Assembly: GCA_951406725.2 (NCBI GenBank)
Contig: OX597825.1
Span: forward strand, 32,302,001-32,366,000
Length of the DNA stretch: 64,000 bases
Reading direction: 5' to 3'
From: Octopus vulgaris
Taxonomy: Eukaryota
Position numbers and translations under genes: made by a program. Position 1 is the stretch's first letter. Each line of letters opens with the position of its first letter. Positions 1-12,952 of the stretch are shown here, in pieces. The notes under the pieces are model-generated. The model worked only from the letters and a program-made list of their open reading frames with translations. It did no database searches and was not told the DNA's origin.

Positions 1-584
1 TCTCTAACTTCAAAGATCAGAACAAATTGTCAGAGGGATGCTGATTACGTTCTTAGAAGAAAATAGCTAGCCTACTGATATCCGGCAGAGCTTTCATCTG
101 AGAAGGAGCTGCCTTACATTGTTTCTTAGATATCGATTTTACGAAGGCCTTCGATAAAGGTGATTTTGGATCGATACGTCACAAAATGTATGATCATGGC
201 ACGGATGGAAAACTACGAGTGTAACAGCATGACTTTTAAAGAGAGGACATTAATTCTGAGTTGAGTCCTTCAAAGGGCCGTACTGGAGTTGTTTCTAGTG
301 GCTCTCTTAGCGATACAGATAGTCACTCTCAAAAGTTACGCTGACGATACAAGATTATCACAGGCAATAAAAAAACCATAATGGCATCATATATCTACAG
401 TCTGACCTAGATGTAACATGCAAATAGGTCGAAGAAAACATGTTGTTCAACATTAAGAAATATTAAACACTCTGAATTAGTCCCTTAAACATATCTAAGT
501 CAGGCTACATAGATCCAAAGGAGATTGCGATCCCAGAGTCAAAAACATGTACATGACCTGGGATATAACGATATGTCTTTTCTG

Positions 585-813
585 CGGCAAGCTGGCAGAA
601 CCGTTAGCACGCCGGGCGAAATGCGTAGCTGTATTTCGTCTGCCATTACGTTCTGAGTTCAAATTCCGCCGAGGTCGACTTTGCCTTTCATCCTTTCGGG
701 ATCGATAAATTAAGTACCAGTTACGCACTGGGGTCGATGTAATCGACTTAATCCGTTTGTCTGTCCTTGTTTGTCTCCTCTGTGTGTAGCCCCTTGTGGG
801 TAATAAAGAAACG
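585..813 (+). mobile_element. SINE family A (tRNA-like head GGCGGCGAGCTGGCAGAA...GTTCAAATTCC; central GTCGACTTTGCCTTTCATCCTTTCGGGGTCGATAAA; tail GTAGTAAAGAAATA)
   Basis: A/B-box-like head, many near-identical copies in the window, 15-bp TSD GATATGTCTTTTCTG at 570-584 and 814-828. Confidence 0.9.
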
Positions 814-995
814 GATATGTCTTTTCTGGTGTAGATTACATTGTTGGTAACGATGAGTAGACGACTAGCTGGACTTCGAAATCTTTCAGAACGAGGGCAC
901 AGGGAGTCATGTTTGGTCCAGTGGTAGACATTTGTTTGTTCCCATTTATAGTTGTCACATAGTGTCAAACTAATGGCATAACTTGAGGTAATCTA

Positions 996-1412
996 TTTCT
1001 TTACTACCCACAAGGGGCTAAACACAGAGGAAACAAGGATAGACAGACAGATTAAGTCGATTGTTTGTAACTGGTACTTAAATTAAGTAACTGGTACTTA
1101 ATTTATCGACCCCGAAAGGATGAAAGGCAAAGTCGACCTCCGCGGAATTTGAACTCAGAGCGTAACGGCAGACGAAATACCTATTTCTTTACTACCCACA
1201 AGGGGCTAAACACAGAGAGGACAAACAAGGACAGACAAACTGATTAAGTCGATTATATCGACTCCAGTGCGTAACTGGTACTTATTTAATCGACCTCGAA
1301 AGGATGAAAGGCAAAGTCGACCTCGGCGGAATTTGAGCTCAGAACGTAACGGCAGACGAAATACGGCCACGCATTTCGTCCGGCGTGCTATCGTTTCTGC
1401 CAGCTCGCTGCC
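996..1412 (-). mobile_element. SINE family A, tandem dimer
   Basis: Two units joined at ~1180; direct repeat TTGAGGTAATCTA at 983-995 and 1414-1426 flanks the whole dimer. Confidence 0.9.
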
Positions 1413-1844
1413 TTTGAGGTAATCTAATGCTGTTACACTAACAAGATTGCTTCAGTGCAACAGATGAGCTATTAAAAGAGGCTGAACGAACTGAGACTCC
1501 ACTCCTTGGAGAGAATATAAGTGAACGATATGCGTGTAAAATATGGAAAGTCAATTGGGGAAGCAATGCCTGTCATCGCCACTAATGGAGGAAATAAGTA
1601 TAGGAAGGAGTTGTTTTTTCGAAAAATTCCCACTCATTTCTCATGTAGAATTTAAGCGAGCTGCTAGAAAGGACACCGCCAGTAAAGTGAATAGGAGAAG
1701 CTTGGTCTGAAACATTTGCAGACATGTATGTTTATGCATTTTGCCCGACGTGCTTACGATTCTGCCAGCTCGCCGCCTTTATAAATATATAAATTGATAT
1801 ATCTAATCTGTTTATATATTTATTTATTCCTCTCTCCGTACTTC

Positions 1845-1996
<152 letters not shown>

Positions 1997-2439
1997 CATG
2001 AACACATATAGACAGGAACGCGTGTGTACAGTTTCACAGTTTATAATGGAAAGATTGAATATGATAATAAAAGGTAACAGCCACTACAATACAGTTCTTG
2101 CTAAAAGCACTTATCGTTGTCGAGCGAGTTTTTTCGGTCTGTTTTTTTGTTTTCGTTTTTTTTTTCCTTAATCTATACTGCTTCGTTTCTGCAGTTTTCA
2201 ATGAGAAACTTTCATTTCTCTATTCTCTATTTCCATTTCAATACACCCAGACTTCCGGTGTAGTGTTCAGCAACTATGGTGTTCCGCCAACACTTGAAAT
2301 GGTCAAACGAAAGATTGTTTTGTCGATAAGAAATGTATATGTACGAATTATAACACATATCTACTGCAAAGGAAAGGGTTAATGTTGATTAAGAACAAAA
2401 AAAAAAAAAAAATATTGTTATTGTTATTTTTTAAAATTT

Positions 2440-3060
2440 TTTTTCCACCTTTCATTATCGCCATTTTTTCTTGCCACCTCCTTATCTCAACTTCTGTTTG
2501 CATTATCCTTACAATAATCCACCTATACCTTTTCCATTTATACTTTCCTATTTTACACCCCACCTTTTCCTTACTCTTAAATCATTCATATTCTTAACGA
2601 TCTCTTTTCTCATTTAACCTATATTCCCCCTCTTTACCTTTCTTTACCTTTTTTCTCTTTATTATTGTTATTGTTCATTTCATCTTAACTATTCCCACGC
2701 TATTCTTCGTCTGCATTATCCCTACTTCTTTCACCCTTGTCCATTTCTCTTCCCTATTCTCTCTACTCTTCTATCCTTCTACCCTGTTCCCTTTCACCCC
2801 CATTCGATTTTTCTTTATATCAGCCCCTTTCTTCTTTACTTTTATCCTTATTTCTTTCCACTTCATAACCATTCATCTCCACTTTATCCCTACTCCTTTT
2901 CCACTGAATATTTATTTTCTCCTCTTATTACTAATCTTAATTTGATTTTATCCCATCCTATTCCACTTACCTTCAGTTATGGCTTTCCACTCTATGCCCA
3001 CCACATTTTACTCTATACTTGCCTCTTTCCTCGGTCTCCAACACCATCCTCCATTCGTTT
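2440..3060 (+). repeat. Pyrimidine-rich low-complexity tract
   Basis: About 600 bp dominated by C/T with almost no G. Confidence 0.7.
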
Positions 3061-3626
3061 GCCCATTTCAGGGATCAGCAATTAACAAGGCTGATGGTTT
3101 TCGCTGCAGTATTCTGGATGTTGGATTAATAAATACAAAAATAGAGGGGGAAAAAACGCTCGACAACAAAAATAAAATCAAGGGGGAAAAACCCTCCCAA
3201 ATTTTAGAAAAACTCCAGGTGTGTTTGATCTGTGTTAAACCTAGCGGTTGCTTCGTCTTGATAAGCAATCAGTAAATGTAGGCTTTATTTGCTTTACTAC
3301 TAAACCTGTATTGACTTCATAAACTTTTATAATCTGGTTGAAATGACTACCAAATCTTAAAATTATATCCATCGTTTTAACGAAGAAAAGGAAATGAGTT
3401 CAAAAATGTTTTGAAGAAAAAAGAGACAAAAAGCAGAAGCCGTGGTGATCGTGGCTGGAACACCTTAGAATACATGTTTGTTATAGCTTAATAAAAAGAG
3501 GAAGGACAGACCAGATGAATTTTAGAGGATCTGCATATTGCTTCTAAGGATCCTTGTAAATAAATAACCAGAAAGAACCTGATAGCTGCAAGTGAGTGTT
3601 CAATGACTGGATAATTATAGATAAGG

Positions 3627-3835
3627 TGGTGAGCTGGCAGAATAGTAGGCAACCGGGTAAAATGCTTAGCAGCATTTCGTCCGTCTTTATGCTTTGAGTT
3701 GAAATTCCGCCGAGGTCGATTATGCCTTTCACGCTCTTGGGATCGATAAAATAAGTACCAATTGAGCAATGAGGTCGATATAATCGACTTTTTCTCTTCC
3801 CCGTAATTCCTAACCTTGTGCCAAAATTTGAAACC
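3627..3835 (+). mobile_element. SINE family A, older diverged copy
   Basis: GGTGGTGAGCTGGCAGAA head and diverged central domain. Confidence 0.8.
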
Positions 3836-5210
3836 GATATCTCACGGGTATATATTAATTTAAAATATCGAACAATCCTGAGACTGGAAACCTGATCCAA
3901 ATGTTTAAATGCGTCGATGGCCCAGGTTGTGGTGCTGGACCGGGCTACAAACAAGTCATCCTCCAATGAGTTTAGGTGTTTTATCGCAGAATCAGCACCA
4001 GAGAGATTGTCAAAATGAACTTAGGGACCCCTCTATTTTGTACCGATAACAATCAGTACATATTCAGAGTCATAGGGGCCTCTAGATACTGAGATAGATT
4101 GTCTTCAGTGCAGGGATGATTCTCTATTCATTGATGGCCATTTGCAAGACTATGAAATATAGATATTCAGAGATTAGAGAGAGAAAGAGAGAGAGAGTGG
4201 GAGGAGATGGTGAAAAGGAAGCAGATGTATAGGGGTAGAGGAGATAAGAGAGTAAGGGATGAGGTGGGAGGAATGTGTGTGTGTCGAGAGAGAGAGAGTG
4301 AGAGCGAAGAAACATGAGAGAAAGGTGGTTATATGAGTGGGAAGTGAAGTTGAAGTTCAGTAAACACGCTTCTCGTCTATTTAAGAATATGAAGAGGCCT
4401 TGACTCATAGACAAATCAATCGCAAGAGGTGCACTGAATAAAGCCGAGACACAATTGTGTAAGCAAACTTTGTAGATTTGATCAAAGATAGTAATGCAGA
4501 TAAAACGGAATTATAACTAATACGAAAGACGGGATAGAATAAAAGAAACAGATAAACGGATAAAAGGGAAATGGTTGGCGGATGATATGAAATTAAAAGG
4601 AAAAAATATTAAAATAATAAATAGAAGAAAACAAATTTAATTAATAAAATTATAAAAGTAAAACGATAATTTTTGTACAAAATATATTTTAAAAAGTTAA
4701 TAAAATACATAAACAATTTTTGTTTTGAAAGAACTAAGAGAAAAAGAACTTTATTTTCTGATGAAATCTTCAAATGAAATTTCAATCGAATCCGCTTTTT
4801 CTAATCATAGACAATGGTGTAAGTCGCTTATTGTTATCAAAGTAGATCTCAGACTCTTAATTCGTTTAATGCTATCAGCCGGTTATTATCAGTTATTGTC
4901 ATGGCAAAGTTTTCGCCCTAGAGCGATCACAGTATGCGACTTGAATAACGGAATGCCTATATAACTGAATAACAGAGTAATGGTGTAACAGAATAACACT
5001 TTAAGAATGACAGAATAGCAGATAAACAGAATGAATTTTTAACTAAATTACTCTGCTCTGGGATCAGCCTATGACTGGATACGTAGCTTGTCAAATTGCA
5101 CCACTGCGGCATGCATTGGTGATGGATCTGTCTCTGAATCGCTATCTATTTTGGCATGCTCGAAGTGTTCTTTCTTATCTCCCATACTCTTGCCCCTCTC
5201 TCTCTTTTCA

Positions 5211-5295
<85 letters not shown>

Positions 5296-5653
5296 TAGCA
5301 CTCCGTCGGTAACGACGACGAGGGTTCCAGCTGATCCGATCAACGGAACAGCCTGCTCGTGAAATTAACGTGTGAGTGGCTGAGCAATCTACAGACACGT
5401 GTACCCTTAGCGTACTTCTCGGCGAGATCCAGCGTGACAGAGTGTGACAAGGCTAGCCCTTTGAAATACAGGTACAACAGAAACAGGAAGAAAGAGTGAG
5501 AGAAAGTTGTGGTGAAAGAGTAGAGCAGGGTTCACCTCTTGGAGCCTTAGGTGTTTTCGCTCAATAAACACTCACAACGCCCGGTCTGGCAATCGAAACC
5601 GCGATCTTACGACCACGAGTCAACTGCCCTAATCACTTGGCTATTGTGCCTCC
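5296..5653 (-). mobile_element. SINE family B (tRNA-derived head, CORE-like segment, tail ...CGTCGTTACCGACGGAGTGCTAC)
   Basis: Minus strand reads GGAGGCACAATAGCCAAGTGATTAGGG...GGTTTCGATTGCC (A/B boxes); homologous copies at ~35060-35355 and ~53532-53833. Confidence 0.8.
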
Positions 5654-5666
5654 ATACACACACACA

Positions 5667-5870
5667 CAGGGTTGGCGAAAAGTCACTTAACAGTAAATCA
5701 AAATTCCATAAATACTATCTGTAATGTCGCTCAAGGAGGACTTCAGTTTGAACAATTTTCATGATGTTTCTTATTTAGATGGTTTATTAAATTCATTCAG
5801 TTGTTAAACATAAACAAATATTGGAATTAAATGGTTTTGATTTACTTTCAGGTGGCTTTTGGCCACCCAG
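5667..5870. mobile_element. Tc1/mariner-type MITE
   Basis: ~37-bp imperfect TIRs: CAGGGTTGGCGAAAAGTCACTTAACAGTAAATCAAAA versus the reverse complement of TTTTGATTTACTTTCAGGTGGCTTTTGGCCACCCAG; right end followed by TA. Confidence 0.7.
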
Positions 5871-5965
5871 TATGTATGTATGTATGTATGTATGTATGTA
5901 TGTATGTATGTATGTATGTATGTATGTATGTATATACATATATATATATGTGTGTGTATATATAT

Positions 5966-7732
5966 ACTAGCAGAAATACCCGGCGTTGCTCAGGTTAAAG
6001 ACAATAATGAAATTTCAAAACGCCCTCTAGATTACGCAGGTTTCAACTACTAGCGCTAGATAACAACTTTCTACATTAATAACACGTGCCAGCATGGAAT
6101 ATAGATGTCAAGCGAAATGTTAAAAGGAAGTTTTCAACTTATGTATGTATATAAAGCAAATACACGTATTTCAAAAACACGTTTTGTGTAGCTTATTTCG
6201 TAAACTAAAAATAAAAATAGTTACAGATTATAAACAATGAAAGGTCAATTTTGGTGATTCATTTGAAACAGGTAGTAGATAACCAATCCGATGATAAATC
6301 TGACCTTAGATCTTGAAAGTTTGCATGAATCTTGGCCCAGTTAAATCTCTTGTGGCTCCAAATGATGTCATCTGTAGTGCTGCGTTGTAGTGTCTAATTT
6401 TGTTTTGGAAGTGTTTGGAATCTTGATCAGTTGATGACAACAGTTTCTTCAACGGCTCTTGAAGTTGGGGGACTGCAGACAGTTTAACCTTTCTACCACT
6501 GCAGCACAGTGCAAGTGTCTCTCCAAGCATCTTCCTTACTTTACAATGGAAACTCTAGTGTCATCTACATAATGAGCTGCTGGATCATAACTGAAAGCTG
6601 CTTTATAGAATTTGCTTCTCTGAGCTGTTACAACTGCTCTTAGTTCTGCAGTGGAGATCCTATTCCTTGTCATCACGTTGATATGCTCTGGTTTTTGTAA
6701 TGCACAGTCCGCTCGTTTCTTGGTATGCCTCCCTTTCTGCAGCTGTCTCTCTTTCCTTAGACAGAGACATTCTTTCGACTGACCTTGACATTGCCGACAA
6801 ATTTGACACTTTCCTTCTAGGCATGTTAATATACGTATACAGAAATATACGGGTGCAGAAGATAGTAAACAATGAAAATAACTGGGTAACGGAAGTTATA
6901 TTTCCAGTATCGAAGGAACGAGAAAAAAGCCCTTAACAACAGAAAACCACAAAACCGTTGGAAATGTAAATAAGAAATATTTAGGCAAATTTAACGAAGT
7001 GTACGAACTGACGTGAAATTTATGAAGTTACTTCTGTCTGTAAATTATGTATGAAATTACTTTCATCAGTAATTGTGAACTTCTTTCTGCCAGTAATTTG
7101 TCGTTGCTGTTTGTAAATAGCGATTGAAAACTTAAAGTGAAAAGAATAGAGTCTGAAAAATGAAAGTAAAAACAATAGAGAGTGAGTGAGATATAGAGAG
7201 AGGGGGAAGAGAGAGAGAGAGAGAGAGAAAGCTAGCTAGTTAGACCAATTAGATAGATATAGAGAGATGAATACAGAAAGCTAGATATTGAGGTAGAGAT
7301 AGATAGAGAGGTGTAGAGAGATAGAGATAGATAGAGAGATAGAAATAGATAGAGAAAGATGGATAGAGAGATAAAGATGAAGAGATATAGACGTCACTGA
7401 CACTAGAAAACGGAAGTAAATATTTTTTTTAACTTTCAAAGACGTGAATCTAATATAGAAAGGAATATTAAATTTTTTAATGACCAATGGATGCAAAGCA
7501 AACAATAAATTTTGTAAGTTACTTCGCAAGTTACTTGTCCTCGTAACCCAGGAACAGAGGTCTTCTATCCCCAGGGGGGCGTTACTCATTATGTGAAAAC
7601 TTTTAAGAGTCTAAAAACCATCCCTGGAACATAAGTAATGTATGTACCTAGTTTGGAGAAAATCAGGTGAAAAATACGGCCGTTATAATCTTTTACACAC
7701 GCACAAACAGAACGGGATTTATAATATATATA
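5966..7732 (-). mobile_element. Helitron/Helentron-type element with a decayed Rep N-terminal fragment
   Basis: ORF 6306-6530(-) CCSGRKVKL...SKHFQNKIRHYNAALQMTSFGA...FMQTFKI, continuing QIYHRIG, matches the conserved Helitron Rep N-terminus. Terminus ACTAGCAGAAATACCCGGCGTTGC at 5966 and an internal (GATAGA)n tract. Right boundary is approximate. Confidence 0.75.
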
Positions 7733-7780
7733 CGAGAATTTGTTGTTGAAAATGCACCTGAATTTGAAAAGCATGTAATT

Positions 7781-8495
7781 GTTTTTAAATAAATTTATTT
7801 ACATACATACCATTGTTTATCAGATATAAACGTACGCGATTTAAAAACAATTTTAAATTGCTCAGTAGTAAACATGTTTAAATGGTTAAATGTTCACAAA
7901 ATTCAATATAAAAAATGATCGGCGAAGAATATTAAAAAATGTGGATCAACACGCTTAAATGATTAGATGTTCAGAAAATTCAATAACATCGAAAATGATC
8001 GGCGAAGATATATAAAAATGTGGAACATATTTAAATGGTTAAACGGTCACAAAATTCAATAATGTCAGAAATAATCGGCGAAGAATATAAAAAATGAGGA
8101 TCAAGCAAAAATCCCCGCATGCGGCGGAAGAAAGGACCCAAGATAACAGAAGCTGTAACAAAACCCGTTTACTTTACTTTCTCTTTTTCTTCTTTTTCTC
8201 TCTCTTAACTCAGCATGATCAAACTTTTGGTGATCTACATTTTTTATATTCACCGATCATTTCTGATATTGAATTTTGCGAACGTTTAATCATTTAAACA
8301 TGTTGATCCAAATTTTTTATACTCTTCGCCGATCATTTTTGAAATTATCGAATTTTGTGAACATTTAACCATATAAACATGTTTTTTTACTTAGCAATTT
8401 GAAAAAGAAATTTAATCTCATACGTTTATACCATTGATAAACAAAAATTTGTTGAAACTAGTTTGGTATATATGTAAATAAATTTATTTAAAAAC
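7781..8495. mobile_element. Foldback-type element with long modular TIRs built from ~76-80 bp subrepeats
   Basis: GTTTTTAAATAAATTTATTTACATA at 7781 is mirrored at ~8471-8495. The ATCGGCGAAGA unit occurs three times on the left (7918, 7998, 8074) and about twice inverted on the right. Confidence 0.75.
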
Positions 8496-8619
8496 TTCCT
8501 GCGTGGAAATACACCCTTTCTTTTCTTATATAGAGAGAGGGGGTAGAGAAAGAGAGAGAGAGAGGGGGAAAGGAAAGAGAGAGAGAGAGGGAGAGAAAGA
8601 GAGAGGGATACGACGATTG

Positions 8620-9115
8620 TTAGCTCAATGTAGAGCTTGACCATCTTAGTGTAAATGGTGCTCAGTTCTGGTATGAGGCCCTCTGTGGCCTTTTAGACCA
8701 GACATACTTTTAAAAAGAGATCCAAATAAACTGGACACTAGTTTTGGTGCACCTTGGACTGCCTGTCGTGTCTGATCTTCAAGAAACTTCAAATGTTTCT
8801 TCAGACCACTTGGAGATTTGCAGATTCTGTAGTGTATGTGGTGTTGATAAAGGTGACTGACAGGAATGTTTTATTATCAGTTGGAAGTGCCCTTGCATTA
8901 GATTTAAATCCATCCTCAGACAGGAAGATTTTGCCACAAAATGTACAACGCGGAAAAAATTTCACATTTCGTTCGGCATGTAGGGCGATCCGCTGCTAAG
9001 ACTTTTCAAGTATATTTTTTAGTCAGTTCCTACATTCTGCAAGTTATCTTTTAAATTCATCCTTAAATCTTTAAATTTGGCTTACACAGTTTTCCTTTTC
9101 CCTGAACAAGTTACC
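8620..9115 (-). mobile_element. Probable RTE-like LINE 3' remnant with degenerate C-terminal zinc-finger-like motifs
   Basis: Minus strand gives GKRK...FKD, RCTFCGKIFLSEDGFKS and ICKSPSGLKKHLK, with frameshifts. Confidence 0.4.
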
Positions 9116-10816
9116 CAGGAAAACAATTGCTTCGAGGCGGTGCCCCACATGACTACAGTCTAATGACTGAAACAAACAAAAGATAAAAGATAAAAGAAGA
9201 TACATGTTCGAATCATACAATAGAAGCATCTCTATAATGAAAACAGTATCAATACCACATATTTAGCACAAGAGTGTTGTTTAAACCCCAGAAGCTGCGG
9301 TTTTTCCTCCGGGAATAATTCCTTTCTAGACGTATAGTGATAAAAAACCCAATATACGTCAGAGGTAGTTGCTTCTATGCATAATTTGAATTTATTCTGA
9401 TTATGTGGTGCCATTGCAAGTCAGCAGACGTTTTATACACTGAATATGCTTCAGACTAGCGGAGTGGATTTTGTTTCAGATGTGACACAAATACGCGATA
9501 TTGATAAACCGCAACTACAGCGAAAACGGTATCTGCTGCTCTCGTGATCACCTATGGGGTGGCTTAGTTTCATCTAACTGTGAAGTATATTGTGTTTTTT
9601 AATAACGCATGTCTTTGGAAAGATTTTTTCCGGACAAAAAATTGTGCAGCGCCTGGCGTTTAAACAACACCCGTTAAGCATATAGTATTGATTACACACA
9701 CACACACACACACACACGTACGCACACACACACATACATGCACACACAACTTACAGTCTCCTCATCACCCTATTTTCTTCTCTAACCTTCCACATTAAGC
9801 TGTCATTCACATGCAAATATGTGAATGACATTAATTCTGCGCCGTTTCCAACTTTTGTTCGCTGGAACTCACTGGGTATTCAAAAGGAATATTAATCTCC
9901 ATCAATCTCAGTTCACGGGAGATCTGCGAAGGTCATGAATACAACTCCTCTCTCCAATAATCGAACCACCCTGTTAGATCTGTCCGTCACTACCCCACCA
10001 AATCTCTAAACATTTAATATTTCAGCAATATAATGGGAAAATATTGAAGCTCAACAGAAGAATGGCATAATGGTGGGACGACAGAACGGCATTCTGTTTC
10101 AATTTACTCAAGACTCAATCCCAGCATGCAATTGCCCACAACTTGACTCCAGCTCATAACTGACCGGATTTCACTCCAATGCACAATTCCCTAGTATTTG
10201 GCTTTGACTTGCAAAACACATGGCTTTTAGCTCATTACAAATTGATTTAGGATTTGATACGTGTTGACAACCAACCAACATATACTTGATCTTGACTCAC
10301 AGCCAATCAAACAAGGTTCATAACCAAATGACAGGCATGACCATTGCTCACAATCAACTACTATAGAATTTACTTAAATAAAATGTCACTCTGATACTTT
10401 CGTTTGACTATACTACAAAGCCGCATAGTAGAAACTTTGGAAGTTTCATAATAAAATAGTAGAATGGTGTAACGTAGTGACTGAATAGTACAACAAATTC
10501 TATTATACTAAAATCGTTAGATTTTGTTCAAAACTCAATCAACTCAGAACTTGATCTCGGTTCACATTGATATAGGCTTGACATGTTTCTTTATTGGGCA
10601 TACAGCCCATCTAGGCTTGACATGGGATCATAATTGATCGACTCAGTACTCGAACTTGGTTCATGACAAATAATCCGAGAGTCTATCTAAATTAACATCT
10701 AATATACTTAAGACCTGATCCGCTTCACAATGAACCGGCTCAGTACTTGATCCAAATTCAAACTAGCCAAACAGGACTTAAACCTCTGTTCAAAACTGAT
10801 CAAGGACTTGAATCCA

Positions 10817-11785
10817 TTGGGTTGGCAACTAAGTTCCGTTTTTTTTTAAGTTTGAATTTTTTAAAAGGTTTAATAAAAAATAACAACTAATTAATCAATA
10901 ATGTATTCACCTTTATTGTTTACAAGTTCTTCCCAACGTTCAACAAGATTTTCAATACCTCATTGGTAGAAATCACTCGATTTCGACTCGAAAAATCGAT
11001 TCAACCAAGCTCTCAATTCTGCATCAGTATTGAACGAAACTCCGCGCATAGCATTTGAAAGAGATCGAAAGAGGTGGAAATCCGTTGGTGCCAAATCAAG
11101 AGAGTACTGCGGGTGTGGCAGAATTTCCCAGCAATGCGTTTGAATGGCTTCCTTGGCGATATGAGGGCGGGCATTGTCGTGCAGCAGAAGAACTCCATGC
11201 TGCCGGTTAGGTCTTTTCTCTTGAATAGCCGCGTTGGGTCGTTCCATCTATTGAACATAGAGTTCCGCGTTGACCGTTTGGTTCCGTTCAAGCAATTTGT
11301 AATGGATAATCCCTTGCTAGTCCTACCATACTCACAACATCGTTTTACGCGGATGAAGATCTTGTTTCACGCGCAGTGTAGCTTGTTTACCAGGGCTAAG
11401 CCATTACTTACGCTGCTTCATACTGATGTACGGGCACCCTTTTTCGTCGCCAGTAACGATCCGGTAAAGAAATCGTTGCTTGTGTCCATGAGTTGAGCGG
11501 TGACGAGCAAGCAAACCAGCGGAGATTGTGGCTCGTTGATTTTTGTTGTTATCACTTAAAGCATACGGAACCCATGCTCTATACTTCTGAACCTTTCCCA
11601 TCGAGTGAAGATGCTTCTCTATAGCAGTGCAGGAACATTCCATTTACTCTGACTGTTCTTTGTCATTTGACGAACATTTTCGTGAAAAAGTTGGTTTCAT
11701 CGCTCTTCATCGAACTCAATTAGACGACCAGAACGAAATGCGTCTTTGAGGTCAAAATTTCCATTTTTGAACTTGGCATACCAAT
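10817..11785 (-). mobile_element. Mariner transposon, 5'-truncated pseudogene
   Basis: WVPYAL, RIVTGDEK, LLHDNARPH and YSLDLAPTDFHLF motifs in ORFs 11404-11643 and 10960-11247; one TIR TTGGGTTGGCAACTAAGTTC at ~10817. Confidence 0.9.
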
Positions 11786-12671
11786 CACGAGCGTGTTTAT
11801 GTGCACGTGTGCGCGCGTGTGTGCGTGCATGTGTATGTGCGTGCGTGTGTGTGTGTGTGTGTGCATGTATGCGTGTGTGTGTGTGTGTGTGTGTGAAGGT
11901 AACTGCATAGTTAAATTCTTGCTTTTTATGGCGGTATCTACTGTAGTGGCGACTCAGGGCAAACTATATTGTTATAATTATGCAAATTTATTAACAAATA
12001 TGTACGTATATATGTGTATATGTATGTGTGTTTGTTTGTGCATATGTGTTTGCGCGTGTGTGAATATCTACATTAGTACACTCACACTCACACACACACA
12101 CACACATAAATAAAACTATATACTTATATCTATATATACGTACACATACATTGATATGATAACAACAACTAAAATAACAGTACACATATACTCTCACATA
12201 AATAATTGAATTTAGATAGGCATATAAATTTTATAGTACATACACCCATATATACATACATACACATACACACACACACACAAATATATAAAATAAATAG
12301 GCGACTGTATGAGATGAATTAACATAGACACACAAAAAAGATAAATAAATAAAGGAGAGAAAGGAAAGTGAAATTTAGTTTTATGGGGAGAGAGAATGTG
12401 TTTTAACGCTATTCCGATATATCGAACCGCTATTTTAGATATTGCAAATATGTAGGGCAAAGACGACATTATGTAGGATATAATGTATTTAAAAACATAA
12501 AATTATAAATTGAAGACAAAAAAAAAGAGAGAAAGAGACGTCAGCTTATCTTCCAATAACTGATTAAATACTGCAAACGGCACTCTTGTATGTATGTGTA
12601 CCTATGTATGTGTACCTATGTATTCATGTATGTTTATGTATGTATGCGTTTATATACATATACACACATGC

Positions 12672-12706
<35 letters not shown>

Positions 12707-12867
12707 CATACATACATACATACATACATACATACAAGTATGTGTATATATATGTATATATATATACATACATATATACATGCATGTATATATATGTATA
12801 TATGTATGTATATATATACATATAAATAAATATATATATATATATATACACACACGCACACACAGAT

Positions 12868-12952
<85 letters not shown>

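Larger units (their letters stand above)
120..1560 (+). mobile_element. Decayed CR1/L2-like LINE reverse transcriptase fragment, interrupted by two SINE insertions
   Basis: Manual translation gives RT motifs across frameshifts: IDFTKAFDKG (~130-162), SYADDTRL (~333-357), LQSDLD...MLFNIKK (~395-460) and C-terminal RLNELRLHSLER (~1478-1515). Confidence 0.75.

Noticed and set aside
585-670. tRNA gene-like A/B boxes
   Set aside because: These are SINE heads continuing into a SINE body with TSDs, not standalone tRNAs.
495-968. 157-aa ORF and similar RPRRNLNSER ORFs elsewhere
   Set aside because: Antisense reading of SINE family A.
2040-2382. Possible piggyBac end AAAGGGTTAA
   Set aside because: No matching opposite TIR identified.
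4758-4795. CTGATGA...GAAA motif
   Set aside because: Stems I and II pair poorly; compatible with chance in AT-rich DNA.
7860-8110. Regularly spaced repeats superficially like a CRISPR array
   Set aside because: Whole units are homologous (no unique spacers), they are mirrored in an inverted arm, and the context is eukaryotic with no cas genes.
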